A stretch of 64,000 nt of DNA, taken from contig OZ316894.1 in assembly GCA_973895155.1 (NCBI GenBank), forward strand, positions 19,010,805 through 19,074,804, in the 5' to 3' direction. The notes below the pieces were generated by a model that was not told where the DNA came from, ran no database searches, and was given only the letters and a program-made list of their open reading frames with translations. The position numbers were made by a program, and so were the translations under genes. The first letter of the stretch is position 1; each line of letters opens with the position of its first letter. Origin of the DNA: Marsupella aquatica. Taxonomy: Eukaryota > Plantae > Marchantiophyta. This document shows, piece by piece, positions 44,305 to 58,007 of the stretch.

Positions 44305-46040
44305 ATTCTGAGAAAATCCATTTGAGCAGCATCCATCCTGGCTTCACAGACAAAGTGTCAAATGAAATTGAAGCCCCGATGGACCACAACGTTGGATGCA
44401 ATGCTCCGGTGTACCACATTTTGGTGGTCCACGGGAGTTTTGGGCTTAAAATTTGATGATTATGAATCTTAAAATAGTTTTTACTTTTTCACTGGCAAGG
44501 CAACTAGAGAAGGAGGAGACACAAATAAAAACAAAAAACACAAGCCTTAATATGTCATATTAATGCAATGAAAATAAAATCTAATACAATTTACCCCTAT
44601 GCATACCATGAGGATTAACTCAAACCAAAATGGCCAAAAAATCACCATCACTTTGATCCAAGTGTAGCTTACCTACTTCTCTAGCACATTCTCAAAACTA
44701 AAAAAACATTTGAATTATGAACATCAAATTATTGCAATTAAACTGAATGATAGGTTTTTATTTCCATGGGGTTTCAAAGCCAAACCTTGGGGTCCATGGG
44801 AGGATCAATTTCAGCTATCCTGGCTTCAGTCAGATTCAGCCAAGACAAAAAGCACAAGGGGCATTAAGATTCGACAGTTTCAAAGGTGCTATCCTAGTCT
44901 AGTTAGACAGTTTGAGAAAGTCCATCTGAGCTTTGACGGCCCATCCTGGCTTCACCGACAACGTGTCAATCGATCACGCTTCAGATTCGTCCACAGTCGA
45001 AAGTTGGCGCGCAACCTACCTTTCGAGACTTCGTTCTGTTCCTTTGGAGACAGAGTCTTGTCCTCTCCTCTGTTTCCTCTCCTTTGCTTTCCTTTCCTCG
45101 ACTCTTCGCTTCGCTTCCGCTTCACTACTCCTCGCGACTCATCATCGGTCGGTCCAAAGGCACAAAACGAAACAGCCTTCCTCCTCTTGAAAAGGAAATT
45201 GCTTCTCTGCCTTCTCGCGCCGCGTGTACGCTGCAAGTACTGTTCCCGCTGCTGTAGGTGACCTCGAGGTCCAAGATTCGTCACAAATAATTATAATGCG
45301 GCGAAATGAAAAGGATGCAATGATCTGATGCGATGTGATGTGATGTGATGTTGTTCACCAACAACGCCCTCTCGAATCGGTGTGCTCGGCTCACCTATCC
45401 GATCAAATTATCTCGATTGGCTTGAGAATTGGTTGATGAGAGAACGGTGGAGAGAGACAGAGTCGGGTGAGTGAGCCTGGTGCTCTGGCGCTTCTCTGCG
45501 TTTTTTATTGTGTGAATGAGAGAAAGGTTTCGAGGTATAGGACTCAGTCGGTGAGTTGCATGCGATCTGGTGACTGACCGGGAGAATGAATTCGTTCTTC
45601 ATCTGCAGCAGGGGAAATCTTCACGGAATTCAGTGCAATGTGGGATTGGACGGAATTGAATAGAGTGGTGGAATCGAACCACGGTGAGCGAGGTGGACCA
45701 TCAGTTAGTTGAAACTGGAGGAAAACCATTGGCAAATGTGGGAATAACTCGGAATTGAGTTGTGTCGAATTAAGTAGAGAAGCGGTGGAAACTGTTTCTT
45801 GGAGAGGGAGGTGGACAATCAGGCAGTTGAAGCTGGAGGGCAACGATTGCAGAGTGGGAACTCAATCGAATTGAATCGAGGATCGGTGGAATCAGTCAAT
45901 TAAAATTGGAGGAGAATTATTTGCTGAAGCAGGAATTCAGTGGTATCGAATAGCATATAGGAGCGGTGGGATCTGTTTCTCGGAGAGCGAGGTGGACAAT
46001 CCAGTTACTTTGAAGCTGGAGGGGCTCGAAAAGGGACGCC

Positions 46041-49000
46041 ATGGAAGAGCTCAGCCCCGTCCATCGCTATGCGGCGGGGGCGCTGTTTTCGTTGGCGCTC
46101 AACCAGGCCCAAATCCATCGACAAAGTCCGGTACAGGAGATAGAGATATCTGAGGAAGATGGACCAAGCTATCCCACGCTGGCGGAGGAGGAGGGAGGTG
46201 CTCCTTGGGGCAGTGAATCTTGCGGATTGCTCCGCCATGTTTTGAGGTACGAGAAACGTTCTAAGCCGTGTGGTTTTGTCTCACAGTCGTCCCGATTTTG
46301 TAATTCCTGCTACACTCCTGTGGCGATTTGTTGCCAACATTTCGTCCGTGTTGCAAAGGAGCTCTGTTGCGATCTCGCTCATGGGACGAACCTTTTGCAT
46401 CCTGTCCGTGGCTTGTAAACAATTGCTCGAAAGCTCAATCACCGAGATAGTTTGTATGCCACGCCTGGATTTTCTTGAGTGTCCGCCAGATTGAAGTGGT
46501 ATGATGATAGAAGGTTTGTGGTCCTGTAGTACGACGTTGGAGGTGCTTTTAATCAACCTGTGACGTGTGCATGGGAACAGGTATCTTAACATAGATCCGC
46601 AAGCGTGGCCGGGAATTGAAATCACCGCTGCCCTACCAGATGCCAAACATCATGTTGGACCGGTATGTGCATTCGCACCTAATCTATGGCTTCTGGTTAG
46701 GGTTTTTCAAGATCTCTGCAATTCCTTCATAATAGATTGTCAATCGGAGGTGTGCTGACTGGGTCGTTGAAAGTGACGCTACCTTCTTGAAGGATGAACT
46801 CAATTTGCATTATAATGATCCGCGTGTGTACTCAAGGAAATTCACGTCAATCAAAGCTTCACGACTAGTAATATCGCAGCAGCAAAATTTTCAAAACTGA
46901 AACTGGCGTCGAAAATGTGAATTGCAGATTGCACGATGCCACTGGAACCGTAAATCCCTGAGATTTGTCTGAAATGATTGCCCTAAGATTCCCCTGCCTG
47001 TATTGAATCCTTTTAAAATTGTGCATGTGATCCAAGAACCTGATTACCCACATTGTGTCCTTGGGTGTGGAAAGGAAATTCAGTCTACTCTTGGCACCAT
47101 CGGATCCTCTCCAGGATCGAGTGATTCTACATGTTCTACCACCGACAGAGAGCTCCTGTCGTCTCTTTCCAGACTTGGACTGTCTCCTCGATTGAGTGGC
47201 TGGACAAAGAGGATCCACTCCACATTTTCCACGCTTGGAATGCCCGTTCAATACAGTGGCCCAGCAGCTAAGGCCATCGAATTGGGAGTCCAATCTACTC
47301 TTAAAACCTTTGAACTACCGCCTTTGTCCACAGCAGAAATACACTCTAGTCTTTCTACTTTGGGATTATCTCCTCGCCCAAGTGTCCCAATAACTCGCCA
47401 AACCATCTTCAACCCATCTCTCCCCAGTCAGCCGAGACGACAGGTACATCGCAATTTGACCATCCTCTGTGATGGCAACTTGTACCTTTGGCAATATCTG
47501 GGTAATATTACAAGTGGCAGTTTGAAGAATATTTATGAATTCTCTGTAATTATTTTTTAGCACAGACTCCGAGTACATGCTTGCAAAAACCTGGATATCA
47601 TTTGCTAAGTGAGGGCTCGTGGTTTGAGTGCATTGAGGCTAGAATATTTTTTGGATCTTCAGATCATCTTTAAAAGCCATCAATCAAGTGCCGGGCCCTG
47701 ATCACTGTGGCATGTTGCCATGGGTGTGGAAAGGGCAACAGTTAACTCTCACCACCCCAAGCGTCACGACAGCTTACCCCAATGGAGAGGACGTCCAGTC
47801 TATTATATCCGCGATCGGATTATCTCAGCAGCCAAGAACGAATTTATATCCCACTATCAATTGTCATCCGCTTGCTTTCAATGAACAGAAAGAGAAGGTG
47901 GTCTTCCAAACTCCGTTGATTTTTTCACAACCTTACCCCTAATCGGGTTGACTGTTGAAATCCCAGGTCAAAGAAATCAGTCTCCTCCTTTCTGCTAGTG
48001 TCGCTTAATGCTGATTTGTCCATTTTGCATTTTGGGTCACAGTTCATCCGAATTCTACAAGAAGACAGTGTCGATGTTGACTTGCCGTCATCGACAGCGC
48101 CATCATCAGAATCCAGCCGTAAATCTGTCAAGCCTGAAAAATCTGTAGCAGCTTTGGCAAAGGCGATTGATGCAATGGCTCTCAGTTTGGAAGAATTTGC
48201 TGAAGCCAGGCCTGGAGCAAAAGAGAAAACATTTGAGGAAACCTTTGCTGCACATGCAGAGTCTACTGAAAATAAGCAACCTTCGACCTCAGGTCCTGAC
48301 TCAGCTGAGAGATGGGCTTCTATGAAGAAGCCGTTACTCGAACGACAAGCTTCAAACTCACAGTCACCGAGAGGGTCGGTAGAGACGACAGCACCAGATA
48401 TCCCCGATTCGGAGGAGGACAAAGAAGCAGTTGCGCGCCGCTCATTGGTAAAGCAGCGGAAGGTAGCTGTTTTGTATGAAGTTTTGACGGCGTGCGTAGC
48501 TGATACTGCTGAAGAAAAAGCAGGAAAGTCTGTTCTAAGAGCTGGTTATGATGCCCGCCAGCGAGCAGCGATACGGCTTTTAGCTCTATGGCTGGATATT
48601 GAGTGGCAAAAAGTGGTATGTAGAGGATTTCCAGCTGTTCTTGCATTACTTTCCGTGGGTTTCGTAAGACTGGTACAGCGCTTTCATGTTAGTCTGGGTC
48701 TCAGGTACCTTCATGTGTCTGGAATATATCTGAATATGGCTATTTGCTATGTTTCATCGCGCAATCCAGTAGCTGGTCATGACTATGTTGGGTCCCTCCT
48801 CTTATGCACTATGGTCAGGCAGCAATTGAGCTCATGGTTGCATACATGGCCATGGCGGCTGAGAAAGAGAAGGAAGCTGAGAAAGCTGCCCAAGCAGAAG
48901 AGAAACAAGGTTGGGACAAATGGAAGCGTGGGGGTATTATTGGTGCGGCGGCCCTTACTGGAGGAGTTTTGTTAGCAGTCACAGGAGGTGATCTACAAAG

Positions 49001-52000
49001 TTTCCCTCTGTGAATCACTTTGAGATTCTTTGTGACTAACTGTTGGAATGTTCGATAAAAAGCGGATGATGCACTTCATTTACAGGTTATCGTGATCTTT
49101 ACAGGTCTGGCAGCACCAGCTATCGCTGCAGGATTAACGGCACTAGCTCCAGTACTTGGGGTTGGTGGGCTTGCAACTGTGGTGGGTTCGGCAGCAGGTT
49201 CTGTCGCGGTTGCTGCTTCTTTTGGGGGTATAGAGCTTCTCCTGCGTTTCTTTGTCTCCGTTCATTTTTTCCCTCTCTTTTTTTCCTTTGTTGTCGCTTT
49301 TCTGCACTACTTTAGTTTCCTTTGGTGGACACCAACACATACCGGGATCACCTGGCAGCCCATGTAGGCTGGCTCAAGTGCATGGATGAGCCACGCCTTA
49401 GCCTCCCTAGTAGACTGACGTTTTTATCAGCTGTTTCCTTTTTAAAAACCAACATATATGACATTGATACCCAAACAATGTGCATGTAGAAGACTTACCC
49501 AGAGCAAAGTTATTGGCAGTGCCAATTCTCAACTAGTTACTGTAGCTAAGAGCTTGGGACCCTATATTCTCCTGAGGTATCTGTGAACGCAGTTGTCAAG
49601 GAGAGCTACATCCCTACGTTATATCACTGGTTCTAAATCTTTAGGTCTGTACGATCACTTTGTAACTTCAAATACGTGTGCCCTATTACACAAAACGGAT
49701 GGAAGCTTCTCCTGTGTCTCTCGTGGACGTTAATCGAGGGCTCTTTTTCGTAAGTTATATATACAGTGACTGGTTGATATTTGTTCCCGAACTTATAGAG
49801 CGCAAGTATCTCATGATTTTAGCTAATTGTCTGGATCCATACTCTGGTGTTGGATATAAATCAATTATCTTCCACCTTCCTACTAAGACTATATGGGTAT
49901 CGGTTCCAGCTGCTGGTGCTGGTCTTGCTGGAACTAAAATGGCCCGGCGGACTGGTGGAGTTGAGGAGTTTATGTTTCTTCCTATTGGGGATAACCACCA
50001 ACAAGGGGTACGTCAAATTCCTGTTCAGCAAGGTTTTCTAGCAAGTTCGTATGAGGATCAATTGCTTGTACTTCATGGGCCCAGGAGGTCTTTCTCTAAT
50101 GACAATATAATTTGCTGGATCCTCCAATTTCTGGGTTCTAAGGATCACATATGGTGGGACTGCCCCACGTTCATGAAACAAAAGAAAATGGGGCAAAGTC
50201 AACTGGAAAGTTTCCCATTGTAATATGCGAAGTAATACTGAAGCTTTGGTAGAATTAGATATAACGTAAGTTAAGTTCCAAAAGGTGCGTCAGCTTTTGT
50301 CTAGATATCTTACACTTGGTTCTCATTTCACAATTCGATAAAGAAGCTATAATTTGCCCTACATCTTTTCTTTTCACAATCTGTGAATAATAATTTTCAC
50401 AATAGAGTGCTTTATATCTTCTCTTCACAAATGTGTGAATACGAATTGTCACAATAGAAATTGCTTGTTAACCTCTCTTCACAATGTATGAATACTAATT
50501 ATCACAATATAGTTTTCTCTATATCCTCTCGTCCGAATGTGTGAATAGAACTGTAAATATATAATGCTGATTCCTGGCTGGTACAGAGATTGGCTGTCGG
50601 AATTATGGTGTCTGGCATTGTATTTGACGCCGACGACTTCACAAAGCCTTGGGAAGGCCCTGATTGGGATTTGGAAAGGTGAATTTCTCACTGACAAGTG
50701 TTTCACGGCCTACCTGGGATGTCTAAAGAACGCCGGTTTGCTCCTGTTTTGGCTGCATGAAGTCTGACTGGGTATCGCTCGAAGATCATATCAAACATAT
50801 TATCTAAAACAACTCTATCTGAGTTGTTTTATCTGAATCGGTGTCACATTTGGTTTCTTCTCTTCAAGAAATATCTTGAGAGATTTGTAAGGGTCAGGTA
50901 CTTTGAACCTGTGAATGTTGAATCCAGCAGCTATATATGCACGGGACCTTGTCCCAAGAATTTTTTTGGCTTAAGACAATCCCTTAGATCTTGTGACATA
51001 TCTGATAAGAGACCAATCGGTCCGGCTTAGTATGAAAAGGCGTTCAATATATTTGCTATTATAGCATTCCAGCCTCTACATATACCGAGGAATCTCTTTT
51101 GATCGTGCCGTACAATTATGAATTGCTTTCCAGATATGCTATTCGTTGGGAAACAAAAGAACTGATGTCCGTTAGCACAGCTATTGAAGACTGGCTAGCA
51201 TCAAGTAAGTATGAGTACACGATCACCGGTATCTTGGTTAGTGTCGTCGAAGCCATCTTCAGTTCAAGCAGATGGCCTCTTGTATTGTGCCAACCTTATG
51301 GTGTTCATTGACGTCGTTCATTATTTTTGTTAGATTTATCTTTTTTTCGAATTCAGATTGTCAGTATCTGTGAGTTTTGGCCAAGAGATGAGACGCAAGA
51401 GGTTCGTCAGTTCATAATAGCGTGCCATCTCCTTGTCGCTCAATCTTTGTTGTTCATGCAGGTGCTGCAAGAGAACTTTTCAAGGCTGGGGCTATGATGA
51501 CAGTTCTTGCTGGATTAGTTGCAGCCCTGGCATGGCCTGCGACCCTGCTGGCAGCCACTGATTGGATTGACAGCAAGTGGACCATAGCTGTTGACAGGTA
51601 GCGGTTGCACCTGTTCCAACCGTGGATACCTCTATCAGACTTGAATTTGACCCCCCGAATGGTTTTAGCTAGGTCACATTTGTGGGCCTTCAAGAATTAA
51701 TGAGAGTCATGGCCACCTCGCTTGGTTAGGCCACATAAGTAAGATTTCAGGCTTCCAACAGGACATCAGAAAAGTTATCCTATGTGTAGGACGAGAACTA
51801 ATCATTCGACAAATTTGTCTAATGTTGGGCAGATCTGACAAGGCAGGGATAGTTCTTGCCAAATGTTTGCTCCGGGGAACCCAGGGTAACAGGTAATGCA
51901 TCCCGCTCAGATCCACTGAAATGGTTTTTTTTTCTTTAAGTTAAGTGAAAGAATTGATTCTGCCAGGAGATTTTCTTTCAACGTCTCTGACTACACCGGG

Positions 52001-53893
52001 TCCTACCTTTGTTCGTCTGTTGTAGACCTGTGACCTTGGTAGGCTTCTCCTTGGGTGCCCGTGTGATCTTTTCCTGCCTCGAATACCTTGCAAAAAAGGG
52101 TGACACTGGTGAGTTTTGGCTTATGTTGCAAGAGGAATGTCGGTTTAGTGTCATCAGGTTGACTTCCATATTCGATCACAATTCCCCATGCTATTGGACA
52201 ACCCAAGGGTGCTAATAATGATTTTTCCTTGAAAAGCTAATAATGATTTTTGAAACTCTATTGCAATAGAACCTTGTACTATTTCGAAGTAGCTCTAATA
52301 GACTTGATTGCAAAACAAGAAAAATTTATTGCAATTGTGATAATAGTGGCCAAAGCTGGTCGATGTTGTGTTAGAACGAGTACTGGCCGCAATGCTCTTA
52401 TGTAACACGCAAGTGTCTATTGATAGCAAGTATTGTGGAGCGAGTAGTACTGCTGGGAGCACCTATTACACTTGACGAGAAGAAGTGGAAGACAGTCCGA
52501 AAGGTTGGTGCAGCCTCGACTGTTCATCCCTGAAATGACATCGTGTGTGGTACTTGATAATCCTAGTTTGTCTTGATAGAGAATGGATGATTGGACGCCC
52601 GCTTGCCGAAAGATTCCTCTTTAGTGTGTATCCCTCTGCGCAAACAGTGAAAGCAAGTTTAGGACTAGCATATGTGATGGCTCTGTTGCTCCTAGTCTCC
52701 TGCTGCTTTTTCATAATAGACATGGAATCACCCACCAAACGTATGGGAATATGACCAGGCATTTTATTTTCAAAGCCCACCTGGCTGAATTTACAGCATG
52801 AACAAAAGATCTACCTACTTCTGGGTTCTCCTATCTCGAGTGTTAGGTATCCTTTGCGCCGTCTTGAAGGCAGCCAGTATTTGATAGACTGCATAGTGGC
52901 CTGGTTTTACGTGAGAGCTACTGGTATCCAGTCTATATACTCAGTTTTGATGGGGAAGTTATGGTTGGTCACCATACCGTGTGTCCGTTTAGATATGAGT
53001 GTTAATTTCAAAGAGCCGAAGAAAGAACCTTCGAGAAGTTCTGAATTATAAACCTCATCAGTCGAATTCCCTTCTCCAACTGAAATGAGCACGACACACT
53101 TCTAGAGCGTTGCTACATTTTTTTGTTCGTGTGAGTGAAGGTTCACTGAATGATGAGTCAATTGCATAAAAAAAAATGTTCTTGGAGAGCTGACCTTTGT
53201 AGGGTGCAGGTTGTCGCGGGACGATTTATAAACGCTTATTCCACAAATGATTGGATACTCGGTGTAATCTACAGAGCCAGGTAGGTCTTGGAGCTGAGAC
53301 TTGTTTTTAATTTTTACCAACTCTTAAATTAGCGCTCGCTTTCAAGGGTACCCGAGGCTCTGTGCATTGATCAGAAAACGGGTACAAACAGTACTACTAT
53401 CACCAGAGATTAGTCTCTATTTCTAAAGATTAACGGCACAGACAGGGGCAGCCCTTCTGAAGAGTGAGAGAAAGTCTATCATGCTCGGTCCGTTGCTGTG
53501 CATTACGTGTACATCTGATGTGTTTGGTTTTTGCTATTGGTGGATGTAGTTTTGTGACACAGGGATTAGCTGGTCTCCAAAACGTACCAATACCCGGGAT
53601 TGAAAATGTAAGATTCCTCCTCTTTCCATTTCTTTACCTCCTTCTGTTAAAAAAAAAGCTAGAAGTTGATCCCATTGCAGATCTTTTGACTCAGTTTGAC
53701 AGATTTCATCCAAGAGACCATAAACTGACTGCTCTCTCATGTATGACAGATTGATGTAACAGAAATTGTCAACGGGCACTCTATGTATCTTAGTAAGACG
53801 AGTGAAATCTTAGGAGCTTTAGACATCGATAGCTTTTACCCAATTTATCCTTCCAAGCTCCACGTTGCCCCCCTTGCCCTAGAATCCCCATGA
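46041..53893 (+). CDS. TMCO4: TMCO4/DUF726-family membrane protein with alpha/beta-hydrolase-like C-terminus, 15 exons
   Basis: Inferred exons: 46041-46246, 46581-46662, 48043-48615, 48819-48987, 49105-49227, 49910-50007, 50587-50678, 51134-51204, 51462-51597, 51833-51892, 52026-52108, 52427-52503, 53210-53280, 53550-53607, 53750-53893. Motifs: GYDARQR, KWKRGGIIGAAALTGGVLLAVTGGLAAPAIAAG, RPVTLVGFSLGARVIFSCL, VVAGRFINAYSTNDWIL, IENIDVTEIVNGHS. Confidence 0.9.
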
Positions 53894-56800
53894 AAACCTT
53901 GGCAAAGTCCCTGCAACCGAGGGTTATGCACAGACGAAGTATTACTTTGAGGCTTGAACCCATTTGAGCAGTTCCACATGAAGGATCATTTACTTGTACA
54001 GATTTTTTGTAAAGCCTTCCCAAGTAGTCAGGGTATTGTCAGATTCAAACACATGCACTGCAATCGTGCAGGCCACCCATATTAATCTCTCAATTGGAAC
54101 TTGCCTTTCATCAGCTTTTAGTTGCTAGATAGATCACCAAGAATCAATCATGGCGTCTGGGTTGTTGGGTACGTTAAGTAACCCAAGACCACGATACAGG
54201 CAGATTCCTAAATGTCCAATTTTGTAAGCAAATTTATATTGATGGGACGGGGTACTGCTCTCTTATCATTGAGTAATCCCACAATCACGCACCCAAAGCT
54301 TACTGCTGCGGAGGAGCTAACTTTTTTCTTTTGAGACTGCTTATGTCGAGAGTATGAAAAGGCCAAATGGATCGTGTGATCCTGACTTTCCAGTTTGTTT
54401 GACGAGGAGGTCTTAATGTTGCTGAGTAAGTAGACATGACATTAAGATTTTCTTTTAGCTGTCTTCATCGGATTGTGATGTCCTAATGCCGTGTACGCGT
54501 CTCTCGACTGGTGTTTTACGTCAATTTTACACGCATTGCTGGGCGCGATTGAGAGACGGTACTTGTTGTGCAGCATCTGTTGGGTCTTCGACCCATAAAT
54601 TCACTGCCGCTTGGCCATGTGAACAAGAGAATCTCATCTCACTATCAAGGACCTCCTGGAAAACGTTGAGTTTGTATCGGAGCACCTGTCTGTCTTTGTC
54701 GTGTTTGAAGTTTTTGACTAGGACGAATTAGAGAGCTTCGGTGGGACAGACGTAGCAGGGACTACTCGCCGGATGCCGATCGCCAAAAGCAAAAGTCGAG
54801 ATCGAAGAATCCGGGTCGGTCGCACTTCTCATCATGCGTTTTGACCTAACGAGAGCACAACACAGCGATTCGTTTCCAATTGCAGAGGTAAACTTTGCCA
54901 ACTGCAGAGAATGTTTTACCGGTCTGATCTTTAGTTTTTGAGACTTTGCTCATGGAAAAGACTTCTCGACCTTACTGTGATCGTGCACTTCACCCAAAAA
55001 CATTCATGTCTACAGGCAGCCCGCACCCTTTCAATGGGAAATCTTGACATTCAATCGACTGTAGCTTTGCAATTTTTTGTTTTGAAGCCCTTCGAATCCC
55101 GACCTCCCTCGACCAATGTCAAGCTGCTACCGAAGATCGACATTCTGAAGAATTCCATCGACTTTGTTTGGGGAACCATCTCACGCCTTCATGAAGCACG
55201 GCATCGAAGAAAACCTTGTGAGTTGGGGAAACATAGCTCTGGCCACGACTTTGCACCACCGTCGAGCTCTTATTCTTGCTGAACGGAGACGCGACCCAGG
55301 ACACCAAGCAAAGGAGCTGCTCTGGTGCTAGTGAAAAAGCCCAAACCAGATCTCCTGGCGATTCTATCTTCTGGAGACAGGGCAACGACCGCCAAGTCGG
55401 CGTTGCAATCACCCGTGTTTCTGTGTAATTTTAAATGCTTTCGCCGAAACCCCAGTTTGATCTATACCTTCAAGAACAGGCTAACCACTCTGGCCGCCCA
55501 CCCACCCACTCAACCACCCAAGACAACCTCTAAACCAAAAAATTATCACAAAGCAGCTCCTATCGGCTCACAATGGGGCCATCACTTTGGATCACCGGAC
55601 ACGCCAGAATAGTCTATGTTCCTCAATTAGCAAGTAGATAGAATGAGAAAGATGAAAACGAAACGAAAACGAAAATTGGAACCACTGGTGAAGAAGGTCG
55701 TCCCGCTGATTAGCTAGTAACCTTTAGTACAAGCTGTGATTCTACGACCAGGTCCGGGCATCACTCTCCGTAAATTATTATGCCCCTCTACCAGTAATGC
55801 AGGATCCTGCCTGCAAGACAGCGAGAATCGGAACACTGGTGAAGGTCTTCCTTTTGTCTACTGACGAGATCCTACGACCAATTCCGGGCATCCTTCTACC
55901 TGCAGAGAATTGTGCCTTTCCTCCCCTGACCCACTGTAAAGCAGGATCCTGCAGTCTCCACTACTTTCTGGAGTTTCAGGACGAGATCTCTTTTCCCTCA
56001 ACAAATCCAGAAACAACATACAGCATGGGCCCAGATTTCACGGGGAGCTCTGCTCTCATTCTATTCTATCACCAGGCAGTACTCTGAGTCTCTTATGATG
56101 AGCAGACAAAACTCTCGCACTTGAGTGCTCCAGTCTACGTGCACGCGCTCGTGCAGAAGCCAGAGGTGAACACTCAAAATTTTACATGCACTCTTATGGA
56201 GAGTTTGCACTATTTTTTTGGTCGCCTAGTGGAGACCTCGAAACACTCTGTATAAAATTGCAAAAGGTCGGGAGAGGAGTTTCATATGCACTCTTATAGA
56301 GACTTTGGCACTGTTTTTTGGGTTGCCTACTGTAGTGGAGCGCCCTCAAAACACTTCTCTAAACTGCAGGGAAGAAAGGGGAAAAACTATTCCTTCCACT
56401 TAAGCCCCCAAAAACATTTTATACAACAAACAGCAAGAAAAACTGCATAAATTTTGGAAAAAAAGGGGACCAATTAATAGGGCATCTCAAACTTGAACCG
56501 CCACAAAATTCCCAGCCTGAAATTATCAGTTTCGGACTAATAGGGCATCTCAAACTTGAACCGCCGTGGAAAACTTCTCAGCCTGAAATTATCAGTTTGG
56601 GATGTCAGTTGCAAGTGGTAACCCACCTATTTGCACGTCCACCACTTTAGTTCTGGAAAAACCTGTGTGACCTTGACCCGAGCCAAATCCAAGAGGTTTG
56701 AGATGCCCTATTGACCTTGGAAAAACAGAATAATTGACCTTGCAGTTAGGCAGATTTTGCAGTGATGGAGGGTGCATTTAGGCGGAGAGGAATGTACTGT

Positions 56801-57063
56801 ATTGTAGACAATAATCTCTCACTCATATGAGCACTAGTAGACAACATTGACACACTAAAACTGGGAGGCGAGGCTCAAAGACAACCCACCTGACTTCAAA
56901 GAAACTGCAAGAAAAAACTGCAAACACTGTCCAAAAGAAAGTGACAAATTATTGACGTTGAAAGAAAACGGGAAAAACCATTGACCTTGCAGTTAGCCAG
57001 ATTTTGCAGTGATTGAGGAGGCTGCATTTAGGCAGAGCAGAATGTATCGTATTGTAGACAATG

Positions 57064-57065
<2 letters not shown>

Positions 57066-57100
<35 letters not shown>
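57066..57100. repeat. (TC)n microsatellite
   Basis: Read directly from the sequence. Confidence 0.95.
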
Positions 57101-57102
<2 letters not shown>

Positions 57103-57510
57103 GAGCACGAGTAGACAACATTCACATGGGAAAACTGGGCGGCGTGATCTTGGGCCAGGCCAGGCCAGGCCCAAGACAACCCACCTGCCTACTCGTGTAG
57201 CTGGAGTGGGAAAGTGCTCGAGCCCATCACTGCCATCATGGCAAAAGAGATGGAGAGGGCCCACCCAGGACAACAACTACGACTGTAACAATAAAGTCAG
57301 AGAAGCTTTTTTGTTCCTGCTGCTGTTGTGTTACGAAGAGCTCGAAACCCTACCTTCTCCGTTCTTTCTTCAACCAAAACCCAAAACGACACCACCAGAA
57401 ATCAAGCAGAACATAGTAGATCTGGCTGGGCTTGCTGGATCCATAGCCAAGCCACCAGCTCAGCTTTGCATGCAGGTTGGAGAGGTACACTTCTGGAGGT
57501 TCTGTGATGA

Positions 57511-58007
57511 GGGCTTTTTTAATCTTTGGTCTTTGTGGTGATTTTCCCTTGTTTTTCCTCCAGCGTTTGGGGTCTTGTGTTCCTGGTATGGGGCTTTTTG
57601 AGTCTTTGGTCTTTGTGGTGTTTTTCCCTTGTTTTTCCTCCAGCGTTTGGGGTCTTGTGTTCCTGGTATGGGACTTTTTGAGTCTTTGGTCTTTGTGGTG
57701 TTTTTCCCTTGTTTTTCCTCCAGCGTTTGGGGTCTTGTGTTCCTGGTATGGGACTTTTTAAGTCTTTGGTCTTTTGTGATGTTTTTCCCTTGTTTTGCCT
57801 CCAGCGTTTGGGGTCTTGTGTTCCTGGTATGGGGCTTTTTGAATCTTTGGTCTTTGTGGTGTTTTTCCCTTCTTTTTCCTCCAGCGTTTGGGGTCTTGTG
57901 TTCCTGGTATGGGATTTTTGAAACTTTGGTCTTTGTGGTGTTTTCCCTTGTTTTTCCTCCAGCGTTTGGGGTCTTGTGTTCCTGGTATGGGGCTTTTTGT
58001 TCTTTGG
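57511..58007. repeat. Minisatellite of ~80 bp, about 6 copies
   Basis: CAGCGTTTGGGGTCTTGTGTTCCTGGTATGGG recurs at 57561, 57641, 57721, 57802, 57882 and 57960. Confidence 0.95.

Noticed and set aside
44710-45284. 183-aa and 110-aa ORFs upstream of TMCO4
   Set aside because: They overlap CT-rich promoter/5'-UTR-like sequence, have low-complexity composition and show no motifs.
54486-55612. Cluster of short ORFs on both strands after TMCO4
   Set aside because: I could not assemble a consistent exon chain or recognise a domain; a small gene cannot be excluded without RNA data.
57511-58007. Regularly spaced repeats resembling a CRISPR array, with hydrophobic ORFs across them
   Set aside because: The units are near-identical along their whole length with no unique spacers, there are no cas genes, and the context is eukaryotic. 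The ORFs are by-products of the repeat.
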